Assembly (NCBI RefSeq): GCF_042660085.1
Contig: NZ_JBHSTI010000001.1
Location: forward strand, 2,591-34,590
Direction of reading: 5' to 3'
DNA from: Longivirga aurantiaca
Lineage (GTDB): Bacteria; Actinomycetota; Actinomycetes; S36-B12; CAIYMF01
Length of the DNA: 32,000 nt
Shown here: one piece after another, positions 8,261 through 17,989 of the stretch
Layout: every line of letters starts with the position of its first letter
Position numbering within the stretch: position 1 is the stretch's first letter
The notes under the pieces: generated by a model
The model's database searches: none
Seen by the model: only the letters and a program-made list of their open reading frames with translations
What the model was told of the DNA's origin: nothing
Made by a program: the position numbers and the translations under genes

Positions 8261-9586
8261 ATGGCCCCCACCACCAGCCCGGACGCGCTCGGCGCCGACG
8301 CGGTCGACCTCGCCGTCCGTCTCATCCGCGTCGACTCGACGAACGGGAACGAGACCGCCGCGGCCGAGCTCCTGGCCGAGCACCTCGAGGGGTGCGGCGC
8401 CGAGGTCGAGCTCGTCGCCCGCGACCCGCGCAGGGCCAACCTGGTCGCCCGGCTGCGCGGCACGGGCGCCGGCCCGTCGCTGGCGTTCGTGGGCCACCTC
8501 GACGTGGTCCCGGCCGACGCGCGCGACTGGACCCACCCACCGTTCGCCGGCGTGGTCGACGACGCCGGCGTGCTCTGGGGTCGCGGCGCGGTCGACATGA
8601 AGAACGAGGTGGCCTCCCGCACCGCGGCGTTCGCCTCGCTCGCCCGCTCGGGCTGGCACGGCACGGGCGACCTGCTGCTCGTCATGGTGGCCGACGAGGA
8701 GGACGGCTCGGCCGAGGTCGGCATGAACTGGCTGGTGAAGGAGCGCCCCGACATCGCGACGACGTACGCGCTCAACGAGGGCGGCGGCCTCGCCTTCGAC
8801 CTCGCGGACGGCCGCCGGATCGTCGAGGTCGCCATCGGCGAGAAGGGCACCTGCCCGGTGCTGGTCGAGGCCGTCGGCGAGGCCGGCCACGCCTCGATGC
8901 CCGGCATCGGCGACAACGCCGTCGTGATCCTCGGCGAGATCCTGCGCCGGGTCGGCAGTGGCGTCGGCGAGCCGGTGGAGCACCCCGCCGTACGCCGGAT
9001 GCTCGAGGCCCTGCTCGGCGCCGACGAGGTGGCCCGGCTCGGGCTGGTCGGCTCGGTCGAGGCCGCAGCAGCCCTGCACGAGACGTGGGAGCACGCCATG
9101 CCCGCCCTCGCCGGCACCACGATGGCGCCGACGATGCTGCACGGCTCGGCCGCGCGGAACGTCATGCCGGGCCGCGCCGGGGTGGAGCTCGACTGCCGGA
9201 CCCTGCCAGGCACGACCGACGAGCAGGTGCTCGCCGCAGTCCGCGCCCGCCTCGGCGACGGGGTCGCCTACGAGCTCTCCTTCGCCGAGCCCGCCGTCCA
9301 CGGGAACTCCTCCGCGGCCGAGGGCAGGCTCTGGGACGTCGTCAGCGCCTACGTGAGCGAGCACCTCGGCGGCGTGCCGCTGCCCGTGCTGTGCACGGGC
9401 TTCACCGACTCCGTCTACCTCCGCCGCGAGTTCGGCACCGAGGCGTTCGGGTTCAACACCTACGTCTCGACGCCGACCGTGGTCGTCGAGGAGGGGTTCC
9501 ACAACCGCGACGAGCGGATCCACGTGGACGACATCGCGCTCTCGGCGGCCTTCCACCTCGACGCCGCACGCGCGCTGCTCGGCTGA
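8261..9586 (+). CDS. M20 family metallopeptidase (ArgE/DapE-like)
   Basis: FVGHLDVVPADARDWTHPPFAG...LWGRGAVDMKNE, VADEEDGS, CTGFTDSVYLR; typical M20 metal-binding motifs. Confidence 0.88.
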   Translation: MAPTTSPDALGADAVDLAVRLIRVDSTNGNETAAAELLAEHLEGCGAEVELVARDPRRANLVARLRGTGAGPSLAFVGHLDVVPADARDWTHPPFAGVVDDAGVLWGRGAVDMKNEVASRTAAFASLARSGWHGTGDLLLVMVADEEDGSAEVGMNWLVKERPDIATTYALNEGGGLAFDLADGRRIVEVAIGEKGTCPVLVEAVGEAGHASMPGIGDNAVVILGEILRRVGSGVGEPVEHPAVRRMLEALLGADEVARLGLVGSVEAAAALHETWEHAMPALAGTTMAPTMLHGSAARNVMPGRAGVELDCRTLPGTTDEQVLAAVRARLGDGVAYELSFAEPAVHGNSSAAEGRLWDVVSAYVSEHLGGVPLPVLCTGFTDSVYLRREFGTEAFGFNTYVSTPTVVVEEGFHNRDERIHVDDIALSAAFHLDAARALLG

Positions 9587-9593
9587 GCGGGCG

Positions 9594-10817
9594 TCAGACC
9601 AGCGGGTGCAGGAACAGCCCGCTCGCCAGCTTCGGCTCGAACCACGTCGACTTGGGCGGCATGACCTCGCCCCGGTCGGCGACGGCGAGCAGCTCGTCGG
9701 TCGAGGTCGGGAAGAGCGTGAACCCCACGGCGAACGAGCCCCCTGCCACGAGCCGGTCGATCTCGCCCGCACCCCTGATGCCCCCGACGAACGCGATCCG
9801 CGCATCGGTGCGCGGGTCCGCGATACCGAGGAGCGGTCGCAGCACGAGCTCCTGGAGGACGGAGACGTCGAGGCGCGCGAGGGCGTCGGTCTCGTCCACC
9901 GCACCGGGGCGCGCGATCGCGGTGCGCCACCCGTCCGAGAGCCGGATGCCGAACGAGTGCCGCCCCGACGGGGTGACCGGACCGTCCGCGGGCACGAGGT
10001 CGAAGTGCTCGCCCACAGCCTCGAGGAGAGCGTCCTCGGTGAGGCCGGCGAGGTCGCGCACCACCCGGTTGTAGGCCATCACGTGGACGTCGTCGAGCGG
10101 GAAGACCACGGCAAGGAACGCGTCGTGGGTGCCGGGCTGCCCCACCCGCTGGGCGTGCACCCGCGAGGCGGCGGCGCTGCGGTGGTGCCCGTCGGCGACG
10201 TACAGGTCGCCGGCACCGGCGAAGGCCGAGCGCAGCGCGTCGACCTGCGCGGCGTCCGTGACGACCCACAGCGTGTGGCCGACGCCGTCCCGCGCGACGA
10301 GGTCGACCTGCGGCTCGCGCGCGGTGACCTCGGCGACCACCGCGTCGACGGCGGCCGAGCGCCGCGACAGCAGGAACACCGGCTCGTCCTGGGCGTCGAG
10401 GGCGGCGACGTGCCGCACCCGGTCGTCCTCCTTGTCGGGCCGCGTGTGCTCGTGGGTGCGCACCCGCTGCTCGTCGTAGTCGGCCACGGCGACCGTGGCG
10501 ACCACGCCCGTCTGCACGACATCGCCCATCACCTGCCGGTAGACCGAGTACGTCGGCACCTCGTCGCGGACGAGCACACCGTCGGCCACGAACGCGTCGA
10601 GCGTGCGGCGGCCGAGCGCGTACACCTCGTCGCTGTGCGGGTCGGCGTCGTCCGCGAGGTCGATCTCCGGCCGCGAGACGCGCAGGAACGACATCGGGTC
10701 CCCGGCTGCGTACGCGCGCGCCTCGGCGGTGTCGACCACGTCGTACGGCGGGGAGACCACGCGGGCCTCGAGCCCGGCAGCGGGGCGCAGCGCGCGGAAC
10801 GGGCGGACGTCGACCAT
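9594..10817 (-). CDS. DUF1015 family protein
   Basis: MVDVRPFRALRP...ARVVSPPYDVVDTAEARAYAAGDPMSFLRVSRPE..., YVADGHHRSAAA, VMAYNRVVRDL. Confidence 0.85.
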   Translation of the reverse strand: MVDVRPFRALRPAAGLEARVVSPPYDVVDTAEARAYAAGDPMSFLRVSRPEIDLADDADPHSDEVYALGRRTLDAFVADGVLVRDEVPTYSVYRQVMGDVVQTGVVATVAVADYDEQRVRTHEHTRPDKEDDRVRHVAALDAQDEPVFLLSRRSAAVDAVVAEVTAREPQVDLVARDGVGHTLWVVTDAAQVDALRSAFAGAGDLYVADGHHRSAAASRVHAQRVGQPGTHDAFLAVVFPLDDVHVMAYNRVVRDLAGLTEDALLEAVGEHFDLVPADGPVTPSGRHSFGIRLSDGWRTAIARPGAVDETDALARLDVSVLQELVLRPLLGIADPRTDARIAFVGGIRGAGEIDRLVAGGSFAVGFTLFPTSTDELLAVADRGEVMPPKSTWFEPKLASGLFLHPLV

Positions 10818-10826
10818 GTGCCGAAC

Positions 10827-11501
10827 CTAGCCGGTGACGACGGCCGGCTGCGCGCCCTGCCGCGACCGCGCGAGCGCCACCCAGCCGACGGTGATGAGCA
10901 CCTGAGCCGCGGCGTAGGTGGCCATGACCAGCACGCCCGATGCGGGGATCGACACGTCCGCCGCGCGGAGGCCGATGAGCAGGTCGGACACGAGGAACAG
11001 CACGCCGCCGACCCCGACGAGGCGGCTTCCTGTCGCCAGCGCGCACGCCGCCATCGCGACGAGGGCCAGCGAGTAGACCGTGATGGGCCAGCGCAGCTCG
11101 CCGAGCAGCGGCCCGAGCGCCACGTTGAGCGCCACCCAGAGCAGGGCCCAGCCGACCACGACCACGGGGCGGTCGCGGAGCCACGCGCCCGCTCCGAGCC
11201 GGAGGAACCCGCGGATGTAGCAGACCTGCATCACGAGGAAGGCGACTATCCCGGCGAGGAACGCGAGGGTGCCGGGCAGCTCGAAGAGGACGTCGCCGAG
11301 CAGGGCGAAGGCGAGCCCGGCCATGAGCAGCCGCGGCGGCCGACGGTCGGTCGCGAGCCACGCCCACACCAGCAGCAGGCCGACGATGAACGGCTTGGTC
11401 GCGGTGGCGACCGGCTCGAGCCCGACGCCGACCGCGACGACGTTGACGGCGCAGACAGCGACGAACGCGGCGAAGACGCCACGGGGCGAAGGCATGCGCA
11501 T
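10827..11501 (-). CDS. YhhN/lysoplasmalogenase-like integral membrane protein
   Basis: In-frame start MRMPSPRGVFAAFVAVCAVNVV...; TATKPFIVGLLLVWAWLATDRR..., AGLAFALLGDVLFELPG, FLVSDLLIGLRAADV. Track ORF to 11849 is over-extended. Confidence 0.72.
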   Translation of the reverse strand: MRMPSPRGVFAAFVAVCAVNVVAVGVGLEPVATATKPFIVGLLLVWAWLATDRRPPRLLMAGLAFALLGDVLFELPGTLAFLAGIVAFLVMQVCYIRGFLRLGAGAWLRDRPVVVVGWALLWVALNVALGPLLGELRWPITVYSLALVAMAACALATGSRLVGVGGVLFLVSDLLIGLRAADVSIPASGVLVMATYAAAQVLITVGWVALARSRQGAQPAVVTG

Positions 11502-11542
11502 CCTCGGGTGGGGGTGGGCGGGACGCGCACACCCTACGTCGG

Positions 11543-11995
11543 TCAGACCCTGCGTCGCGCGGCCTTGGCCGCCGCGACGAACGCGTCCGGCGGCGTCCCC
11601 GCGATGACCTCGGCGACGAGGTCGAGGTCGAGGTCCGCAGCCTTCGTGAACCGCACGCAGGACTTGCCCATGTCGAGCCGCTTGGGGCCGTCCCACCGTT
11701 CGCGGAAGACCTCTTCGGAGATGCGTCCGGCCGCGGAGTAGACGGTCATCAGGTAGAGCGAGCAGTAGTTCTTCTGCGCGGCGAGGGCGACGTACGCGAG
11801 GGCATGGCCGTTGTACGTGTCGGGGTACACCTCGAGCGGGACGGCCCACGTGATCATCCCGTAGTCCATGGTCTCGACGTAGCCGTCGGGGAGGTTCGCG
11901 TTGACGAGCTCCCGAACCGCCTCGATCTCGGCGGCGCGGTCGGGAGCGAGCTCCGCGACGTACTGGTCCGGGGTGAGCGCTCCGGACGACACCAT
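11543..11995 (-). CDS. DUF1801 family protein
   Basis: MVSSGALTPDQYVAELAPDRAAEIEAVRELVNANLPDGYVETMDYGMITWAVPLEVYPDTYNGHALAYVALAAQKNYCSLYLM matches DUF1801/YdhG-like proteins. Confidence 0.8.
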   Translation of the reverse strand: MVSSGALTPDQYVAELAPDRAAEIEAVRELVNANLPDGYVETMDYGMITWAVPLEVYPDTYNGHALAYVALAAQKNYCSLYLMTVYSAAGRISEEVFRERWDGPKRLDMGKSCVRFTKAADLDLDLVAEVIAGTPPDAFVAAAKAARRRV

Positions 11996-12015
11996 GGCGG
12001 TCTCCCTCCCTGCGG

Positions 12016-13461
12016 TCAGATCCCCGACTGCGCGGTGATGCGGCCGTCGGCGATCGCCTGCACGAGCGCAGCGTGGTCCTGACGGTTCTGGTCGGCGTAG
12101 TGGTGGCCGAACTCCACGAGCGCGTCGTCGAGCTTGCGGCTGCTGCCGACGTACGACGCGATCGCGACCCGGTCGCCCGAGCGGGCGTGGGCGCGGGCGA
12201 GCGTCCAGGCGCAGACCTCGCCGTACACCCGCATGCCGATCGGGAGCAGGGTCGAGACGTCGACGCTGCCCTTGCCGTCGCGCAGCTGGCGCACGTAGAA
12301 GTCGCGCGGCTGGCCGTCGATGCCGTGCCCGTGGTACCAGCCGAGGAAGATGTCGGTCGAGGCCTGCATCAGCTGCTGGCCGGCTACCACGCGTCGGCCG
12401 TGCGACTCGAACGTCGAGTGCCCGAGGTACGGCTCGAGCACCGACGCCTGCGCCTCCTTCCACTGCAGGATCAGCGGGTCGGTGCCATCCCTGCCGAGGA
12501 GCAGCACGATCCAGGCCCGGGTGCCGACGCTGCCGACGCCGACGACCTTCCGCGCGAGGTCGACGAAGCGGTACTGCTGCACGAGGTCGCGCCGGTCGTC
12601 GGGCAGCGAGCGGAGGTAGTGGCTGAGGAACCGGTCGGCGACCGACGCGACCCACTCCCAGTCGGTCTCCAGGAGCTCGTCGACGGGGACGATCAGAGGC
12701 GGCTCCGACCGGAAGCGCGGCCCGTCGTCGGTCTGCCTGGTCAGCTTGGCGAAGGCCTGCATGCTGTCGCGCGAGGCGAACTTCGCCGACTGCCGGTTGA
12801 ACGCCTTGACGCGCGCCGGGGCGATCTGGGTCCGCACCGTGTCCAGCAGGGCCTCCACCTCGAGGCGGGAGTACCAGACCGCGAGGTTGCCCTGGGTGGC
12901 GAACGTCGCCATCGCGGTGCGGTACGTGCGGACCGAGTCGCGCACGACCTCCTCGATCTCGTCCTGCGTGTAGCCGTTGTCCTGCCCGGCGATGACGAGC
13001 GAGGCCATCAGCCGCTTGAGGTCCCACTCCCACGGGCCCGGCAGCGTCTCGTCGAAGTCGTTGAGGTCGAACACCAGCCGACGGTCGGGCGAGTTGTAGA
13101 CCCCGAAGTTGAGCAGGTGCGCGTCGCCGCAGAGCTGGGCGTTGATGCCGGACGACGGCGTGCCCGCGAGATCAGCCGCCATGACCGCCGCCGCTCCGCG
13201 GTAGAACGCGAACGGCGAGGACGCCATCCGGCCGTACCGGATCGGCACGAGCTCGGGCACACGCGTCGCCGCCTGCTCCTCGAGGATGCTGAGGGGGTCG
13301 CGGCGGTCGGGTGGCAGCACCAGTGCCGCGTGCGACGAGCGCGGCAGCCGCTTGCGCGCCTCCTTGCCGCGCGCGACCTGCTGCTCGACCGTGCCCCGTC
13401 GACCCGACAGCACGTGGTGCGACTCGTGGTCCTCGACAGCGTTCATCTCTGCAGCTCCCAT
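12016..13461 (-). CDS. DUF2252 family protein
   Basis: FAFYRGAAAVMAADLAGTPSSGINAQLCGDAHLLNFGVYNSPDRRLVFDLNDFDETLPGPWEWDLKRL; typical DUF2252 kinase-like motifs. Confidence 0.9.
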   Translation of the reverse strand: MGAAEMNAVEDHESHHVLSGRRGTVEQQVARGKEARKRLPRSSHAALVLPPDRRDPLSILEEQAATRVPELVPIRYGRMASSPFAFYRGAAAVMAADLAGTPSSGINAQLCGDAHLLNFGVYNSPDRRLVFDLNDFDETLPGPWEWDLKRLMASLVIAGQDNGYTQDEIEEVVRDSVRTYRTAMATFATQGNLAVWYSRLEVEALLDTVRTQIAPARVKAFNRQSAKFASRDSMQAFAKLTRQTDDGPRFRSEPPLIVPVDELLETDWEWVASVADRFLSHYLRSLPDDRRDLVQQYRFVDLARKVVGVGSVGTRAWIVLLLGRDGTDPLILQWKEAQASVLEPYLGHSTFESHGRRVVAGQQLMQASTDIFLGWYHGHGIDGQPRDFYVRQLRDGKGSVDVSTLLPIGMRVYGEVCAWTLARAHARSGDRVAIASYVGSSRKLDDALVEFGHHYADQNRQDHAALVQAIADGRITAQSGI

Positions 13462-14192
13462 GCCCGCACTCCACCGACGATCCCTGCCGTGTTCGGGACG
13501 ATGACGACGTCGTCCCCGAGGACGGCGATGACCTCGGGCGACAGCACGCGCGCATTGCCGCCGCCGACGTACAGCCTGTCCCACACGAAGACCGGACGCA
13601 GCGCATCGACCACACGGCGCACCCGCCGTGACCAGAACGCCGGGCCGAGCCGCTTGCGCTCCTTGTCGCCGATGTAGGTGTCGTACGACTGGCCCCAGCG
13701 GACCGGCGCCTGGGAGAGCTCGAGGTGGGGCGCGAGCCGACCGCCGTCGAAGAGCGCGCAGCCGAGCCCGGTGCCGAGGGTGAGCACCAGCTCGAGGCCC
13801 ACCCCGGTGACGACGCCGGCGCCGTGCACCTCGGCGTCGTTGAGCACGAGAGCGGGCATCCCGAGGCGGGCCGCGAGCGCGGCCTGGGCGTCGAAGCCGT
13901 GCCACTGCTCGACGAGGTCCGGCAGCACCCTGCTGCGCGGACCGCTCTCGGTGACGTAGTGCGGGGTCACGATGACGACGCCGTGGCGGATCATCCCGGG
14001 CAGGCCCACCGTGGCGCGGTCGGCCTTCGGCAGCTCGGTCGCGAGGCCCGCGACGGTGTCCAGGAACCGGTCGATCGACAGCGGGTACGGCGTCGGCACG
14101 CGGACCGGCTTGGCGTGCAGCGTGCCCGCGGGGTCGAGCACGGACGCCTTGATGCCCGTGCCCCCGCAGTCGACGGCGAGCGTCATGGTCAT
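13443..14192 (-). CDS. ROK family protein, polyphosphate glucokinase-like
   Basis: MTMTLAVDCGGTGIKASVLDPAGT (phosphate motif), LVLNDAEVHGAG, LVLTLGTGLGCALFDGGRLAPHLEL, DRLYVGGGNAR; overlaps the DUF2252 start by 19 bp. Confidence 0.72.
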   Translation of the reverse strand: MTMTLAVDCGGTGIKASVLDPAGTLHAKPVRVPTPYPLSIDRFLDTVAGLATELPKADRATVGLPGMIRHGVVIVTPHYVTESGPRSRVLPDLVEQWHGFDAQAALAARLGMPALVLNDAEVHGAGVVTGVGLELVLTLGTGLGCALFDGGRLAPHLELSQAPVRWGQSYDTYIGDKERKRLGPAFWSRRVRRVVDALRPVFVWDRLYVGGGNARVLSPEVIAVLGDDVVIVPNTAGIVGGVRAWELQR

Positions 14193-14304
14193 GGGCGGAT
14201 CACGCGGGGCATTCTGCTCCCCCCGGCCGCCTACGGCGGCCAGACCCGACGACACGCCGTACTCGCACTAGGACACGTGTTCGATACCTTGCTAGGGTGC
14301 CGCC

Positions 14305-14934
14305 GTGGCACTCGCGGTCCAGGCCTCCCTGCTCGACCTCGCCGACGACGTGCGCCTCGGGGCGCTCGGCGGCCGGGTCCGCCGCACCCTGCTCGCGCAC
14401 GGCGCCTGGGTCGACCACCGCCCGGGCTGGGTGGAGGGCTCCGACTCCGTGCTCGACACCCTCGTGCGCGACATCCCCTGGCGCAGCGAGCGGCGCCGGA
14501 TGTACGACCGCGTCGTCGACGTCCCGCGCCTCATCAGCTGGTACGACGACGCCCGCGACCTGCCGGTGCCGGTCCTCGTCGACGCACGGGCGGCGCTGTC
14601 GGCGTACTACGCCCCCGAGCTCGGCGAGCCGTTCGTCAGCGCGGGCTGCTGCTTCTACCGCGACGGCCGGGACTCCGTGGCCTGGCACGGCGACACCATC
14701 GGCCGCGGAGCCACCGACGACACCATGGTGGCGATCGTGTCGTTCGGCTCGCCGCGCACGCTGGCGCTGCGTCCGCGCGGCGGCGGGCCGAGCCTCACCT
14801 TCCCGCTCGGCCACGGCGACCTGCTCGTGATGGGCGGGTCGTGCCAGCGCACCTGGGAGCACGCGGTCCCGAAGACCTCGCGCGCGGTCGGGCCGCGCGT
14901 GAGCATCCAGCTCCGACCCGCCGGGGTCGCCTGA
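14305..14934 (+). CDS. AlkB-like alpha-ketoglutarate-dependent dioxygenase
   Basis: CFYRDGRDSVAWHGDTIGRGATDDTMVAIVSFGSPRTLALRP...GDLLVMGGSCQRTWEHAVPKTSRAVGPRVSIQLRP; HxD...H and 2OG-binding Arg motifs. Confidence 0.88.
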   Translation: MALAVQASLLDLADDVRLGALGGRVRRTLLAHGAWVDHRPGWVEGSDSVLDTLVRDIPWRSERRRMYDRVVDVPRLISWYDDARDLPVPVLVDARAALSAYYAPELGEPFVSAGCCFYRDGRDSVAWHGDTIGRGATDDTMVAIVSFGSPRTLALRPRGGGPSLTFPLGHGDLLVMGGSCQRTWEHAVPKTSRAVGPRVSIQLRPAGVA

Positions 14935-14954
14935 TCCCCTGTTCGGGCCTCTGG

Positions 14955-14997
14955 CACGGGTCGCGGGCCCGGCCTCCTCGCGGAGACCGGACCCGTG
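14955..14997. terminator. Possible terminator hairpin between convergent genes
   Basis: Outer arms CACGGGTC (14955-14962) and GACCCGTG (14990-14997), with a further CTCC/GGAG inner pairing, between the stops at 14934 and 15013. Confidence 0.4.
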
Positions 14998-15012
14998 ACC
15001 CGGTGCGGACCG

Positions 15013-16554
15013 TCAGCCCATGTGCACGACGGCGGAGTCGTCGGCGGCCTCCACCGCGTCCTTGCCGATCTTCAGGAACACCGCGGTGATCACCGCAGCC
15101 GCGACCAGGAAGAACCCGCCCCAGAGGAACGCCTGGGTGTAGCCCTCGGTGAGCGCGATCTTGGTCGTGGCGTCGGTCGGCTCGCCGGGGTTGGCCACGA
15201 ACCACGCCGTGGTGGCGGCCACGGCGATCGTGTTCAGCAGGGCCGTGCCGACCGAGCCGCCCACCTGCTGGGTGGTGTTGAGCACCGCCGACGCGACGCC
15301 GGCGTCCTCGCGACCGATGCCGTGCAGCGACGTCGTGGAGATCGGGATGAACACGTGGGCCATGCTCACGCTCATCACGACCATCGCCGGGAACACGTGG
15401 GTCCAGTAGTTGGAGTCGGCCTCGAGGGTCGAGAGCCAGAACAGTCCGATCGAGGCCCCGATGAGGCCGGGGATGATGAGCGGCTTGGGCCCCACGCGCG
15501 GCAGGAGCTGGCTCGCCACGCCCGCGCCCAGGATGATGCCGATGCTGAACGGCAGGAACGCGAAGCCCGCCACCACCGGGGTCATCTCGAGGACGACCTG
15601 CAGGTAGAGGCCGAGGAACAGGAACATCGCGAACATGCCGATGCCGACGACGAGGTTGACGGCGTAGCTGGTGCCGCGGTTGCGGTCGCGCAGGATGCGC
15701 AGCGGCAGCAGCGGGCTCACGGCGCGGCTCTCGATGACGAAGAACGCGACGAGCAGCACGATCGCGGCGCCGAACCAGACGAGGGTCGCGGTGTCGGTCC
15801 AGTGCGCGGTGTCCTGGAAGCCCTGCGGCGCGGCCTTGGTGAAGGCGTACACGAGGGCGACGAGGCCGAGGGTGGCGGTGATGGCGCCGGCGACGTCGTA
15901 GCGCGCGGCACCGGTGGCCTTGCTCTCCTTGACGAAGCGCGAGGCGAGCACGGCCGCCACGATCGCGATCGGCACGTTGACGAACAGGCACCAGCGCCAC
16001 GAGAAGTACTGCGTCAGGACGCCGCCGAGCAGCAGGCCGACCGCGGCGCCACCGCCGGAGATGGCGCCGTAGACGCCGAACGCGCGTGCGCGCTCCTTGG
16101 GCTCGTGGAAGGTGACCGTGAGCAGCGACAGCGCCGCGGGCGCGAGCAGGGCGGCGAACGCGCCCTGGAGGGCGCGGGCGGCGAAGAGCATCTCGGGGCT
16201 GGCCGCGAGGCCACCGAGCGCGGAGGCGAAGGCGAAGCCGATGAGGCCGACGATGAAGATCTTCTTGCGGCCGACGTAGTCGGCGATGCGCCCGCCGAGC
16301 AGCAGCAGACCGCCGAAAGCGAGGGTGTACGCGGTGATGACCCACTGCTGGTCGGCGTCGGCGATGCCGAGGTCGGCCTTCGCTGCCGGCAGCGCGAGAT
16401 TCACGATCGAGGCGTCGAGCACGACCATCAGCGCGCTGATGCCGATGACGAACAGGGCCCGCCAGCGGTTGGGGTCGGGCACGACGTCGTAACCGTGCTC
16501 GTTCACCTCGCCAGAGGTTGCGGTCGAGGCCGCGAGGTCGGGGGTGTTGGACAC
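15013..16554 (-). CDS. MFS transporter, DHA2/EmrB-QacA type
   Basis: Probable GTG start VSNTPDLAAS; WRALFVIGISALMVVLDASIVNLALPAAKADLG, WVITAYTLAFGGLLLLGGRIADYVGRKK, GGAAVGLLLGGVLTQYFSWRWCLFVNVPI. Confidence 0.9.
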   Translation of the reverse strand: MSNTPDLAASTATSGEVNEHGYDVVPDPNRWRALFVIGISALMVVLDASIVNLALPAAKADLGIADADQQWVITAYTLAFGGLLLLGGRIADYVGRKKIFIVGLIGFAFASALGGLAASPEMLFAARALQGAFAALLAPAALSLLTVTFHEPKERARAFGVYGAISGGGAAVGLLLGGVLTQYFSWRWCLFVNVPIAIVAAVLASRFVKESKATGAARYDVAGAITATLGLVALVYAFTKAAPQGFQDTAHWTDTATLVWFGAAIVLLVAFFVIESRAVSPLLPLRILRDRNRGTSYAVNLVVGIGMFAMFLFLGLYLQVVLEMTPVVAGFAFLPFSIGIILGAGVASQLLPRVGPKPLIIPGLIGASIGLFWLSTLEADSNYWTHVFPAMVVMSVSMAHVFIPISTTSLHGIGREDAGVASAVLNTTQQVGGSVGTALLNTIAVAATTAWFVANPGEPTDATTKIALTEGYTQAFLWGGFFLVAAAVITAVFLKIGKDAVEAADDSAVVHMG

Positions 16555-16792
16555 GGTGGTGCCTTCCGCTTCGGGTGCGGGCGCCGGGAGGCACCTGTTC
16601 GTGGTGGCACCCGGCTGGGTCGCAGGGGGTGCTCTCGGGCTGGTGTGCCGCGGTGGACCCGCGGCTCGAGGCGCAACCATCGCCGCCCCGGTGTTGTTCC
16701 CACTCTGCCTGAGCGGTCCGACACCGGCTTCTTCGTTTCTGCTGCGCTGGTTCGGGCTCAACCCGCAGCCAGCCGACGGCTACGGTGACCGC

Positions 16793-17572
16793 ATGACCTC
16801 GGCGTTGCGTACCGTGCGCGCGACCCGCTACGTGCTCGCCCTGCGCGAGGGCGGCTCGTTGCCGGGCATCGTCGAGGCCGACGACCTGGGCACCTACGTG
16901 CTCAAGTTCCGCGGCGCGGGCCAGGGCCTGCTCGCCCTCGTGGCCGAGGTGGTGACGGGCGAGCTCGCCCGCCGCCTCGGCCTGCCGGTGCCCGAGCTGG
17001 TGCTGGCCGAGCTCGACGGCGGCCTCGCCAACGCCGAGCCCGACGAGGAGGTGCAGGACCTCCTGCGCGCGAGCCACGGCCTCAACCTCGGGATGGACTT
17101 CCTGCCCGGCGCCCTCGGCCTGGAGCGGCCCGACGGCGTCGACCCGCGCCTCGCAGCGCAGGTCGTCTGGTTCGACGCGCTCGTGCTCAACGTCGACCGC
17201 TCGTGGCGCAACCCCAACCTGCTGCGCTGGCACGGCGACCCGTACCTCATCGACCACGGCGCGGCCCTCTACTTCCACCACGACTGGTCGAGCGCGGCGA
17301 CCGTGCCGGGGCGGGCCTACCCCTCGCCGCGCGACCACGTGCTCATGCCCGTGGCCGGCCCCCTCGACGCCGCCCACGCCGCGCTCGCACCCCGCGTCAC
17401 CGCCGAGCTGCTCGACGAGGTGCTCGGGCTCGTGCCCGACCAGTGGCTGACCGCGGACGACGCTCACGCCGACGAGCGGCGTACGGCGTACCGCGACCTC
17501 CTGCTCGCCCGCGCGACGAACGCCGACGCGTGGCTCCCCGCCCTGGAGGTGGCCCGTGCCTCATACCTATGA
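16793..17572 (+). CDS. Short HipA-like family kinase
   Basis: MTSALRTVRATRYVLALREGGSLPGIVEADDLGTYVLKFRGAGQG..., GMDFLPG, WFDALVLNVDRSWRNPNLLRWHGDPYLIDHGAALYFHH (kinase catalytic/DFG-like motifs). Confidence 0.82.
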   Translation: MTSALRTVRATRYVLALREGGSLPGIVEADDLGTYVLKFRGAGQGLLALVAEVVTGELARRLGLPVPELVLAELDGGLANAEPDEEVQDLLRASHGLNLGMDFLPGALGLERPDGVDPRLAAQVVWFDALVLNVDRSWRNPNLLRWHGDPYLIDHGAALYFHHDWSSAATVPGRAYPSPRDHVLMPVAGPLDAAHAALAPRVTAELLDEVLGLVPDQWLTADDAHADERRTAYRDLLLARATNADAWLPALEVARASYL

Positions 17573-17942
17573 GTGGGCGGTGCTGCGGGTCGTCCCGCGC
17601 GTGGAGCGCTGCGAGTTCGTGAACGTCGGCGTGGTCGTCTACTGCCAGGCGCTCGACTACCTGGCCTGCTCCGTCGCCGACGACCTCGGCCGGGCCCTGT
17701 CTCTCGACCCGACGCTCGACGTCGAGGGCGTGCGCGCCCACCTCGACGCCGTCCGCGCGGTCTGCGAGGGATCGCCCGAGGCGGGCGCGAACGGTGCCCG
17801 CAAGCAGGGCGAGCGCTTCCGATGGCTCGTCGCCCCCCGCAGCACCGTGGTGCAGCCCTCCCCCGTGCACACGGGCATCACCGAGTCCCCGGAGGCCGAG
17901 CTGGCCGACCTTGCGGCGCGGATGGTCGCGCCGCCCTCGTAG
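17556..17942 (+). CDS. DUF3037 family protein
   Basis: GTG start overlapping the HipA-like gene by 17 bp; YEWAVLRVVPRVERCEFVNVGVVVYCQALDYLACSV is typical of DUF3037. Confidence 0.83.
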   Translation: MPHTYEWAVLRVVPRVERCEFVNVGVVVYCQALDYLACSVADDLGRALSLDPTLDVEGVRAHLDAVRAVCEGSPEAGANGARKQGERFRWLVAPRSTVVQPSPVHTGITESPEAELADLAARMVAPPS

Positions 17943-17989
17943 GCCCCCTCCTGGACACGCGCCGGGCGGGATTGGCTACCCTCCATGCC

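Noticed and set aside
9606-11741. Long + strand ORF (711 aa) opposite DUF1015 and YhhN
   Set aside because: Antisense high-GC shadow; minus-strand products have recognisable families.
16793-17572. Classic HipBA toxin-antitoxin module
   Set aside because: No HipB-like HTH gene is adjacent; the upstream gene is a divergent MFS transporter and the downstream partner is DUF3037.
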